Assembly (NCBI RefSeq): GCF_020745735.1
Contig: NW_026867529.1
Coordinates: forward strand, 186,001 to 250,000
Direction of reading: 5' to 3'
Length of the DNA stretch: 64,000 nt
From: Hemiscyllium ocellatum
Lineage: Eukaryota
Each line of letters starts with the position of its first letter. Within the stretch, counting starts at the first letter, position 1. The notes beneath the pieces were generated by a model, which worked only from the letters and a program-made list of their open reading frames with translations, was not told where the DNA came from and ran no database searches. Shown here one piece after another: positions 1 through 10,211 of this stretch. The position numbers were made by a program, and so were the translations under genes.

Positions 1-165
1 CCAAGGAGCAGGCAGTATCCAAGGAGCCCTTCCTGAAGAAGGGCTCATGCCCAAAACGTCAATTCTCCTGCTCCTTGGATGCTGCCTGACCTGCTGCGCT
101 TTTCCAGCAACACATTTTCAGCTCTGATCTCCAGCATCTGCAGTCCTCACTTTCTCCTCATTTTT
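1..165. mobile_element. Fold-back remnant of Penelope-like element terminal repeat (cut by window edge)
   Basis: CCTGAAGAAGGGCTCATGCCCAAAACGTC...GGATGCTGCCTGACCTGCTGCGCTTTTCCAGCAACACATTTTCAGCTCTGATCTCCAGCATCTGCAG; the same unit recurs about 10 times in the window and flanks GIY-YIG coding sequence at 25.9-26.8 kb. Confidence 0.8.
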
Positions 166-2847
166 ATCAAGGCAATCACACATTATATTTCTTGATTCCA
201 GGGAAGTATAGTGTTAAATTAATGAAATATGATGATTGGGATGTTTCAATTGGAAATTGTCAGAGATTTAAAGTTTACTTTCATGAGCAATTATTTCCAG
301 CCTCATTGTGTCACAGTACTCACAGGAATGTCTTTCAGAAATGGTGTCTCCCTTTGTTATGGGCAGTCGAATCAGTAAATCTGGGATAATCTTTGCTTGT
401 TAAATAAAGGTGTTAAAGAGTTTTAGCCAAGGGAGACCTGTGGATTGAGCTCACAGATGCACCATGATCTAAGTAAGTGGTGGAACAGCTCGAGGGGCTG
501 AGTGCCCTCCTCTTGTTCCTACCTTCCTATCATTGTGTCATTCATTAAGCTAGCACTGGCCGTGAATACTTTTTATTAAAATATTTCAACAAATTAATTG
601 TTTCACACATGCTTTAAAAAAAACTTGTTGATTATTTTGAACGGGATCATTGACATTCTCAATTTGAATGATCAAAATAACTTCCACCCAATGACAGCAG
701 CCACTGCACTCTGCAGTGTGTTGTTACTTCATAATAGTTTCTTGTGAAACTACAGCTCGAGATCAGGGCACTCAAATTCAATAATATCTCTGAACATTCG
801 CAATTTGTTCAAATGCGTCTTTTCTCTGAAGAACGTGTTTAATCGAACAGAACTTTTTTCAATGAAACAACAAACTTTAAATGCTAGAAAACCAAAATAA
901 AGACAGAAACTTCTGAAGAAACTCAGCAGGTCTAGCAGCTCCTGTGGAGAGAAGGCAAGGTTAACCTTTCGCATCCAAAGACCCCCTCTTCACCAAATTG
1001 TTTTCATGTTTTTGGCACAACAGCTCACACCCGTTGAGATAAACAGTGATTACGTTGGCTTGACTCCTGTTGGAAACAGAATTCTTAGCAGAGGTACTGG
1101 ATGGTCTGAGACAGCAATGGAAGACCAACTGAAAAGCTATCACCATCTGCTGCAAGTGTTGGATTCAGCAGAACCCTCACCGTACTGAACTATCAAATTC
1201 AGCTACAGCACTGGTTTAATATAAAGTAAAACAGCCTCAGCATAATCTCATCAAATATACTTTGAAAATGATTCATTCGGGATTAGTTATAAATGATATT
1301 GTTAGAACAGCAAGTCAAAAGCTGGGATTTCTTTGAGCACTTACTCCATTAACCCCATCTCGCGATGCCCAAAAGCTTGTGAACAAATATTGATCTGGAA
1401 AAAGTGCTAACCACCAAAATTCTGTTTAATATCTAAGAGACACAAGTCAGGACAGCGATTGAATAGATTTCACTAGCCTCTGTGAGTGGAATTCCAACAA
1501 ACACCCAAACATCTCAATCTGCTTTCTTGCATTGAAGTAACCTGATAAGAGATGGTGTTACATACCTCTCTAACAGGTTGTAAGTGAACACAGACCACCT
1601 GGCACAGAATCAGGGACCCTACTATAACTTCACAACAGACCTGAACACAATGAGCTCGACACTATCACGGAGAACATAGCCCACCTGTTTTGACAGTACA
1701 TAAACCATGTTAGTTATTAACACCTTCCAACAATCAGGGATTGTTCCAGAATGTTTGTACAATGAAAGTAACATTTCAACATTTATCCAAGAATACTTTG
1801 ACAGCAGCTCCAAATTGTTCAAACTCTATGGGAACTACAGAGCAATAAAACTCGGAATTGCATTGCCACTGTCACTGGATTCCACCCTCGAACTCTCTTC
1901 CTCTTTCCCCTGTGAATGTTGCTGCACCAGACGGTCTACTGAGTTTGAAAAAGTTTAAAATGTTTTGAAGTGTACTATGACCGTTGCCAGTGACATTTAA
2001 AGCTGATAATAGGTTTTCAAATAATAAGATGCAAAAAAAATTCTGATTCTACATTGTGCCACGAAACATCTCCTGCATAACTGAGGCACAAAGAAAATAT
2101 GCAACATATTTCCCTCTGCCTCGCTCAAATATCTCTTGTTGCCAACAACCAATTTCAAAACTCTTGCTATCTGCCTTTTGTTCCTGAAACGTTCATTCTG
2201 ATTGGAACAACTTAGTCAGGGCTCTCAATTCTGAGGCACCTATTGCATTTCTGGCAGATAAAAGTGGTTTTGAAGCGCGAGATGAAATTGAACTGTCTGA
2301 GATTCAGGTATCCGAACTGGACAATTTACAAATGGTCAGGACCGTTGACAAGTTAGTCAGAGATAGCACTGAAACAAACTGTACAACAGACTTAATCCTA
2401 GAGGATACATTGCTCAACTCCTCACGTCAAATATATTCACTCTAAGTGAATATTCATCAGAAGAACTAACCAGTGGATTAATGTGAACGAGAATGTGTTC
2501 ACAATGAACATAAATAACCACTGAATTACTAAACTTAATAAGTCATTGCATTTAACAAAATTATTGAGGTGGGAAATATCGCCAATTAAAGCACAGATCT
2601 GGAGGAAATGGGTTATTCTCTAAATTATTTTTACATATTTTTAAAATGTTCCTTGAACTGTGGAGATTTTGCATGCACTGCATAAACAATACTGCATTCC
2701 AGTGTGGAAAGCATTTCTGTTGAAGGAATTAGGGCAAGGTTATTTTCTTTTTAACTGCTTTTAATGAACTAAAATGTTTAAAAAGGTGTGAATTGAAAAC
2801 ATGCTTCTGTCTGGAGTTGCCCACTTTAACGGATGTCTAAGTAAATG

Positions 2848-3108
2848 TGGCACTGCTGCCTCACAGATCCAGGTACCCAGGCTCGGTTCCAGCCTCGGGT
2901 GACTGCCTATGTGGAGTTTACACAATCTCACCTGTGTCTGTGTGGATTTCCTCCCACAATCCAAAGATGTGCAAGTCAGGTGAACTGGTCATGCTATATT
3001 GTCCATAGTGTTAGGTGCATTAGTCAGGGGTAAATATAGGGTAGGGGAATGGGTCTGGGTGGGTTACTCTTCAGAGGGTCGGTGCGGTCTTGTTGGGCCA
3101 AATGGCCC
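2848..3108 (+). mobile_element. tRNA-derived SINE (HE1/V-SINE type), diverged
   Basis: CACTGCTGCCTCACAG head, GTGGAGTTT...TTTCCTCCCACAATCCAAAGATGTGC central V-domain, LINE-like tail; homologous to the copy at 9572. Confidence 0.85.
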
Positions 3109-4174
3109 GATGAAGAACGGTGAAGATTAATCCTTAATTATTTATTTTAAGTAAAAATGGCGCCTGAAGGTATCTGTTTTCCCTTCATTTCTAAAACCTT
3201 TGCGATTTGCCTTTCACTTAATAATAGGCTTTATGAAATTTTAACTCGCATGCTGATTGCATTGAATGAGGAAAGAGCAGTTCACTGTCACCAACCGTGT
3301 TAACATTGCAAAAACAATGTAGAAACCAGAAACAGTTTCCCAAATATAACACATTTAATGTTACCCAAGCACAGTCCCTCCTCAACAGATCAACGATCAC
3401 CAGATCACAACACGGTGTGTTTGCAGCAGAACTAGCTCTGCAAACATTTTCAACAGAACCAAGAACATGATGTAACCTCACAAAAAAAACAAACTGAAGT
3501 CTAACAAAGCTGCTCAGAATCAAACAAACTAATGATTAAATTGAATAGAAATAACAAGTCATAACAGCAACCTTGTTGGTGAGGGGACTTAACACTTAAA
3601 ACTGTAACGTTTCTGGCAATAGTTCAAATTATTTCCAACCTGCACACCCTTCCTGATCATGACAATCTTGTGCAGTGCACAGTAGAGTGGGGTTGAAGGC
3701 ATATATTGATTAATCACTTCATGGTCAAAACAAAATTACTGAATGGACAAATATTACCACATTATAATTTTAAGTTAGTTTCAATTATGTAATCTGATCA
3801 ATTCTGCAGTTTCAGATTTTAGTCCCAAATTTTAATTTGAATGAGGCTACTCAAAACAAAATTCAGTTAGTTTACAATTAGAACTGAGTTTTTTTTTAAA
3901 GTCAATGCATTAAAAACTCGTATTTTTTCATTTCTCACACTTCCGGGTTTCTGCCTTAAGTTGTTTTTCAGACCGTTACAAATGGATGTAATATTTTCAA
4001 TCAAGCAGAGAAAAATGTGTCATATAAGTTTAACAAATGCAGAAATGATTCATGAAAAACAAAAGAACTTCACAAATATTGGTAATGAAAAGTACTCCAG
4101 AGAGTCAATCTCCTCACCAGAAAGAAAACACCAATTCAGAAAGCATGAAAACGCAGATCAATTTCACAAACTGA

Positions 4175-4465
4175 ATAAGAATCCAATCAACTCAATTCAA
4201 CAGAATCAAGGAAAATAAAATCAGAATCCAATCAACTCAAAACAACAGATTTGAATGAAACATCATCAGAATCCAACCAATTCAATTCAACAGAATCAAA
4301 TAAAACAATTTCAAAAGCCAATCAACACAATTCAACAAAATCAAGTAAAAACAAAGTCAGAATCCAATCAACACAGTTCAACCCAATCAACTAAAACAAA
4401 GCCAAAATCCAATCAACTCAATTCAACAGAATCAAGTAAAACAAACTCAGAATCTAATCAAGAGA
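4175..4465. repeat. Imperfect ~44-45 bp tandem repeat (~6-7 copies) in the J-C intron
   Basis: Recurrent CAGAATCCAATCAACTCAATTCAACAGAATCAAG motif; accounts for the N/Q/S-rich ORFs at 3961-4476. Confidence 0.85.
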
Positions 4466-4980
4466 ATGCAATATAGCACCGTAAGAAACTTTATGACAGT
4501 TTCTAACCTGCTTGTCATCAACAAAATTAACAAAATAAATGAGATAATATAATCATGGGAAGAACATATATTCAAGAAATGAATAATGATATTTTAGCAT
4601 ATTTTAGTCATGTTTGGTAATATCTTGAACATCTTTGAATTCTTAGGGTTTGTTGTTGATAATAAAACTCACAGTCAGGGTGTCACTGACATTAAACATT
4701 ATTTATAGCTGACTGATTAAGAGACATGAGGTGTTTCAAGTAACCCAGCCACATAGAATGTCCATCTGATCAAAAAAAAAGAGATACACCGAGCAGCTGA
4801 CTCCATCACCACCATTTTAACTATTTGCTGAGCCTTAACTGAAGTCTATAATCAGTCTGAACAAAAATCAATCCGAAACAAACCAAACTCAGCACAGAAT
4901 CTGAGTTTCATTTAATTCAGAAATTAGTCACATGAATAGAAAGTTTTTAAAAAGTCACTAAGAAAGTTCAAAGTTCTTAC

Positions 4981-5038
4981 CTGAAGTCACAGTCACCATG
5001 GTCCCTTGGCCCCAGTACTCAAGATACCCCAGCTATAT
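4981..5038 (-). CDS. IGHJ: IgH joining segment with 5' D-like extension (probable germline-joined D2-JH); frame reads I*LGYLEYWGQGTMVTVTS
   Basis: Minus strand ATATAGCTGGGG TATCTTGAGTAC TGGGGCCAAGGGACCATGGTGACTGTGACTTCAG|GTAAGA; WGQGTMVTVTS motif; phase-1 GT donor at 4980-4979. Confidence 0.95.
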
Positions 5039-5066
5039 CACTGTGAGACACGTTGTGTCAAATACT
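5039..5066 (+). other. Recombination signal sequence with 12-bp spacer, abutting the D/J segment
   Basis: CACTGTG (5039-5045) + AGACACGTTGTG (12 nt) + TCAAATACT (6/9 match to ACAAAAACC); no comparable nonamer at 22/23 nt. Confidence 0.8.
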
Positions 5067-5369
5067 ATGACAGACTGTAAACTGTAAAATGCAGATAATT
5101 TCTTCACTTCCTAGAAAGCAATGATTCAGACTCCTCTAAAAATGATTTGGTGCGTTATTTCAGCTTTTACTATTCATTGTATTTTGAAAGCTTGGAATAC
5201 TTTTCCAGGTTTGGTCTGCATTTAACTTGACAATCAACACGAAGAAGGTAGAAAATAATTATACATTTGTACAAACTAGCCCGACTGGATTGTGTTTAAA
5301 TTGCATCTCACATTATTTCTCGCTCCTGCCACGGTAGAAATCACCAATTTGAGATAAATCCTTGTCAGT

Positions 5370-5407
5370 GGTTATTGTATGAGGATGTCGCTGTGCACAA
5401 CATTGTG
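5370..5407 (-). other. Recombination signal sequence with 22-bp spacer (23-class) after the V exon
   Basis: Minus strand CACAATG (5407-5401) + 22 nt + ACAATAACC (5378-5370, 8/9 match to consensus). Confidence 0.92.
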
Positions 5408-5719
5408 ACCCGCTGTCTCTTGCACAGTAATAGATGGCGGTGTCTTCGATCTTCAGGTTCCCCATGTCCAACGCGAAAATATTGTTTGAAGTGTCTTTGG
5501 ACGCAGTAAATCGATTCTTAATTGCTGGTGCATAGTTATTGCTGGATGAACTATAGTAGTACAGCAGCCACTCCAGACCCTGGCCGGGAACCTGGCGGAC
5601 CCAGTACATGCTGTGGCTGCTGAGATCGAACCCGCTGGTTTTACAGGTCAGTTTCAGGCTGCCTGAGGGACGGCCAGTCTCTGCCTCTGGCTGGGTCAAA
5701 ACAATCTCCGAGTGGACAC
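5408..5719 (-). CDS. IGHV: IgH variable exon, shark IgM-type VH, intact; ends ...YYCARDSG plus 1 nt
   Basis: AG acceptor at 5721-5720; (C)[100 protein letters not shown]; both Cys, WVRQ, GLEW and DTAIYYC present; closely resembles nurse-shark IgM VH as I recall it (isotype is an inference). Confidence 0.97.
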
Positions 5720-5848
5720 CTTTAAAAAAGACAAGAAATAAACCATGAGCATTAATGCAGATGAAATGATGCCTGAGTCTTTTACATTCCTGAGGTAGAC
5801 TAACATTGAAACAGTAACAAAGACAGACTTGAACAAAAAAACACTCAC

Positions 5849-5897
5849 ATGATAAGAAAGTCAGTAATAAACTGAGAAAAATTGTCGACACAATCAT
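5849..5897 (-). CDS. IGHV: IgH V leader exon ([16 protein letters not shown]+T), followed by a 129-nt intron (5720-5848)
   Basis: ATG at 5897, hydrophobic signal peptide, GTGAGT donor at 5848; T|GT rebuilds Cys in frame with VHS-EIVLTQ. Confidence 0.93.
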
Positions 5898-5983
5898 TCT
5901 GATAACTTCTGGGAAGCGGTTCTGTCAAGATCTTTCTAAACAAAGCCGATCCCGGAGTGTTGAATTACGGTCCAGTGCCTAGG

Positions 5984-5990
5984 ATTTATA
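5984..5990 (-). promoter_or_regulatory. Probable TATA box of the VH promoter
   Basis: Minus strand CCA-TATAAAT-CC about 90 nt upstream of the leader ATG. Confidence 0.6.
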
Positions 5991-6265
5991 TGGCCATCGG
6001 AAAGGGCAGGCTTACAGCTTCCGCCTGTTGGTTTCCTGCTGGAGGCTGAGACTGGATCCTGGTCTCAGCTTGCACAGCCCCAACACATGGGCTCATGTAT
6101 TTCCCAGGTTACGCTTAAACATGGATATATACACATCTTGGGATATTTATTTTGCTGAATAGCTTCTTTGGGAGTGTTTTTTTTAAATGGTGGAAGTAAA
6201 ATTGAGTAGCTTCAGGTCTGTTTCACATGATAGTTGCAAGTATTTTGTTTTTAAAAAATTCATTC

Positions 6266-6712
6266 GAAAGTTAGCTCCCTTTATTTCTACATTCATTCAC
6301 AAGCAGATAAAACTAAAATCAAAGTTCAAACGTATTCCTAGCTAGTAAAACAATTGAGCTTTTATTTCCCAGGACACTGCCAGTCTCTGTCCCACTACAA
6401 AATAACATGTAATTCATACTAAACATTTCAAAATTCAATTTAGGCAACTGAATACAGAGCGTGTCCAAAGTGATTATATTCAGAATATTCAATTAGAAGT
6501 TAACTCCCTTTAATTCTACATTCCACCACAAGCAGATAAAGCTAAAAAGAACTTTAATCATATTATTAACCAACAAAATGAGTGACTTTATTTTTGCTGT
6601 CACTCAAAGTCTCTCTCACTTTACAAAATAACATCCCATTTCTAATCTGCGTTTCTAAATTCCATTTAGGCAACCTAATATGGAGCAGGTCTAAAGTGAT
6701 TATGTTCGGAAT
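6266..6712. repeat. Old tandem duplication, period ~229 bp, upstream of the VH promoter
   Basis: CTCCCTTTA.TTCTACATTC...CACAAGCAGATAAA at 6275 and 6504; ATTTAGGCAAC...AAAGTGATTAT.TTC also present twice. Confidence 0.8.
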
Positions 6713-7877
6713 GTGAGTGGATGTCACTAAACAGCTTGGACCCGGAGATTAGAAGCACCTCCTTACATTGCAGAATGTCTCTCCTTGCATCTTTTTTTTC
6801 AAATTGCTCCGACCCTAAAATGCATAGTAAAGGAAAGCTGTGTGCCTGAGAAACAAAAAGTGAGTTGGCAGTGATATATAACGCCTAGGTAAACTTTTGA
6901 AAGAGCATCTAATGAACCAGAACAGGACAGTCAATACGTTTTTTTAAAAAAATCCTCAACATCTAAACCATTGCAGGTAACTGTCTGGGGACATCAGGAG
7001 TGTTTGGTTAAATTAGAGAGTATTACAATAATCATTACCACGAATGTAGGTTATAAACAGTACATTTCTCTGCTCACTGATAGCTCTGACAGGGGCAGTT
7101 AACTCATAAAAATAAGCAAAAATTCACTGTTACACGACACCAGTGTTCACCATGTATAAAGGGCCCACTCAGTTTTCATGAGATACATGAATCAGAGAAT
7201 GATGCAACAAGTGATGTGAGTTTGAACCAATTCAAGTTTGTTAATTTACTTTGAGATGATAACAAATGTTACTGCAATGTGGGATTTTGGATCCATTAAC
7301 TTCATATTCAGGAGCTTTAAAGGTACTCAATAAACAGACTGGACTAACCAGAATGTCACTGCATTCAATGTCCTGTTTCTGATAGTCATACAGTGAATGC
7401 TGTATTCTGTGACTTTCCTTTTTAAAGAAGAAATGCCAAGTGAAATGTATCCATTGTGAGTAAATGGGAAAATATAGTTTGTTTGGTAGGATTTTACTTT
7501 AGTTGATTCATTTTCCCTTTAATCGGCCAGATACAATAGTTGGCAGCAATTAAGCTGACTGCAGAAAAGGTCCTTGAGTTCCCAGGTTCATTTACTGGAA
7601 GCAGGTGGAGTTTCTGCAGTGGATCAAAGATATTTTGTCTCACTGTTGACCAGTTGGTGGAAAGCAAACTGCAAACCATAACCACTGCCTCTGCAGGAAC
7701 ACATCTACTCAGCAACAATACTGGAGAAAAGTTTATTTTTCAGTTGTGAAACTTGGAGAACTAGTCACTCCTCTCATTGAAGGAAATATTCGCAGAGTCT
7801 CAGACACAACCTAAACATCAACAGTTCATTCGAGGATCACTACAGCACTGTTTAATATTGAGAAACATTGATAAATA

Positions 7878-8880
7878 GTCATAGAGTCATGGAGTGAGAC
7901 AGCATGGAAACAGACACTTCAGTCCAACCAGTCCATGCCAGTCATAATCCCAAACTAAACTAATCCCACCTGTGTGTACTTGGCCCATATCCTTCCAAAC
8001 ATTTGATATTCATTTACTTATCCAAATGTCTTCTATAGGTTGTAAGTATCCACCACCAGATCATCCCACACACAAACCATTCTCTGTGTAAAAAGTGGTC
8101 TCTGATATCTTTTAAAAAATTTTTCTCCTCTCATTGTAAAAACATGTTCCCTATTGTTGAAATCCCCCACCATAGGGGAAATACGCCATGTCTGGGTCAA
8201 AAACTGAAAACAATTCCAGCTCCAAACATTTACAAAATATCACTATGGATCTTCCTTGAGTCCAAAAAAGATTGTCCCCTTTGATCAATGATTTGTAAAA
8301 TTTATTTGCGTATGTAATGCGATGGATGTTTTCAAATAACTTCTGAAATGCAAGTGGCTCACATCAATCGTATTAAAGTGACATTTCGTGTGTGACCCCA
8401 CACACACAAAAAAAACAAGTTTGTTGACATGAGTTGCTCTGAGGAAGTCTACGATGAATTCTTTTATCAAACAAAATCATTTCCAGTGTTGTGAGGGCTC
8501 GTCTATCTTCTGTGCAATGGTCTGAATTTTAAGTTGTGTCTGACTGCAGATGAAACCGGCTGCTCTGGGTAAAAGTACAGTTTGTGCCTTTCACATTGTT
8601 AATGTATATTGCTGACTTTAGTTGAATAAAGGGATGTTGCCCCAGGCATCGTCTGGCACCGTTAATTAGACCATTAATTTCCACACCACTAGCCAGAGGG
8701 TAAGGTGGAGTTTATTGATATGTGATATTTTTGAAACGAAAGCTTCGTACATTTCCAGGATGAATCATGTAAATTAGAGCCATTCACCTTTCCACTCATG
8801 GCTTTATAAACTTATATGAGGTCACCCCCCGAACTCTCACCCTCCAGTGAAACAAGTTCCAGTCTATCTGGATTTCCAAC
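7878..8880 (-). mobile_element. CR1/HER1-type LINE 3' end split by a ~600-bp insertion (pieces 7878-8181 and 8782-8880)
   Basis: Minus strand GGTGACCTCATATAAGTTTATAAAGCCATGAG...GGTGAATGGC | TTTCCCCTATGGTGGGGG...GTTTCCATGCTGT...GACTCTATGACT; the two pieces are adjacent in the other CR1 tails in this window. Confidence 0.75.
8182..8781 (+). repeat. Left arm of a diverged ~560-600 bp inverted repeat
   Basis: Reverse complement of 10739-11298, e.g. CCAGCTCCAAACATTTACAAAATATCACTATGGATCTTCCTTGAGTCCAAAAA and GGCATCGTCTGGCACC.TTAATTAGACCATTAATTTCCAC. Confidence 0.92.
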
Positions 8881-9393
8881 GGTAACTTTGTTCCCTCACA
8901 TTCTGCTGTTAAAGATCCTCCTGCCACCCCAGGCCCACAGAGAGTGTCCCTTGATACTAGTTCAAAGAAATGAAAGGAACTTGTCCCACCATATTGTTCA
9001 ATTTTATTTGGTTTCAAACACCATAAAAAATAAATGTTCATGTCATTGCTGATTTATGGGAGAATTCCGTTTACACAGTATCTGCTGAAATACCTGCAGT
9101 ACCATCCTGAATCTGGTTCGCAGGTTCACCTGTTGCTCACAAATGCAACCAGACATCAGGGAACAGTGTGTGGGACAGAGGTAAAGTAGTATTACTTCTG
9201 CAATTATAATTACTTATACAAATTAAATGAACTCACACTAGTGTGTAATTGTTTCAGCCAAGAGCTGAGTCAACAAGAATGGAAACTATGTGGAGGAAAT
9301 ACATAATTGTCTTTGTATTAGCTAAAATTGTATGCAAGAATGAAACGTGACTGCAAAACAATGGTAGATATTACAGACGAATAGATAAGGTGC

Positions 9394-10211
9394 TGTGAGG
9401 GGAGGGAGTTAAGCTAGATACGCCTGTACAAACAATAGGTATAAACATCTGTTTCCCACTTTTACTGAAACACAGGAACAAACCCCAATTAAAAGGGTCA
9501 TAAGGATCAGTATGGTAGGGGAAGGCACAGATGGAGGGAGTAGATAATGGTGAAGAAAGGATATGCCTTTTGGGCGGCACGGTGGCACAGTGGTTAGCAC
9601 TGCTGTCTCTCAGCGCCTGAGACCCGGGTTCAATTCCCGACTCAGGCGACTGACTGTGTGGAGTTTGCACGTTCTCCCCGTGTCAGCGTGGGTTTCCTCC
9701 GGGTGCTCCGGTTTCCTCCCACAGTCCAAAGATGTGCAGGTCAGGTGAATTGGCCATGCTAAATTGCCCATAGTGTTAGGTAAGGGGTAAATGTAGGGGT
9801 ATGGGTGGGTTTCGCTTCGGCAGGTCGGTGTGGACTTGTTGGGCCGAAGGGCCTGTTTCCACACTGTAAGTCTAATCTAACAATGACCCACAGCGGGATG
9901 AGGTCAAACGGCCTTGTGAGGCCAGAAATAAGCATTTTGTCACAGATAAGGCTGGATAAGGCAAGAGATAAACAGGAGTAATGGGCGCTGGTCTTAGGGA
10001 AGTGGAAGATGTAAACAGGGGAGGAGCAATGAAATAAAAAAATAGAAACCAAATTACATCAATATCGTGTATGAGTTGAATTCAGTGTGTGGGTCCCTGC
10101 CTTGTCGACATGGACATCACACCATCTTGCAAGAGTCAAATAAAGGGCACCACTGATTCAGATTTTGTCTCGGACTGAAATTATTGAAGTGTGTGAGCTT
10201 TGTTTCTCACA
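9394..10211 (+). mobile_element. Probable solo LTR (~510 bp once the SINE is removed)
   Basis: Begins TGTGAG and ends CTCACA (TG...CA inverted termini); AATAAA at ~10139, about 70 nt before the end; purine-rich U3-like body; no clean TSD (GGTGC vs AGTGA). Confidence 0.45.
9572..9880 (+). mobile_element. Full-length, young-looking HE1/V-type SINE
   Basis: GGGCGGCACGGTGGCACAGTGGTTAGCAC (A box), GGTTCAATTCCC (B box), V-domain, GGGCCGAAGGGCCTGTTTCCACACTGTAAG tail ending in TCTAA repeats. Confidence 0.92.

Noticed and set aside
2188-2445. 86-codon stop-free plus-strand frame (ALNSEAPIAFLADKSGFEARDEIELSE...)
   Set aside because: No recognisable domain or clear splice context, antisense to the Ig transcript, and several frames of this length are expected by chance.
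3961-4476. N/Q/S-rich ORFs
   Set aside because: They are translations of the intronic 45-bp tandem repeat.
5067-5369. A hidden free D segment between V and J
   Set aside because: No CACAGTG/CACTGTG-like heptamer pair with nonamers was found on either strand.
5313-5897. 194-aa ORF as a single-exon protein
   Set aside because: The ORF reads through a 129-nt stop-free in-frame intron with canonical GT/AG sites and on into the RSS. The real structure is leader exon plus V exon; the open intron is probably chance.
7500-7860. Possible ancient LINE RT remnant
   Set aside because: Only faint motif resemblance by eye; it needs a profile search.
9572-9650. tRNA gene (A and B boxes)
   Set aside because: It is the tRNA-derived head of a SINE, continuous with the V-domain and LINE-like tail, and gives no complete cloverleaf.
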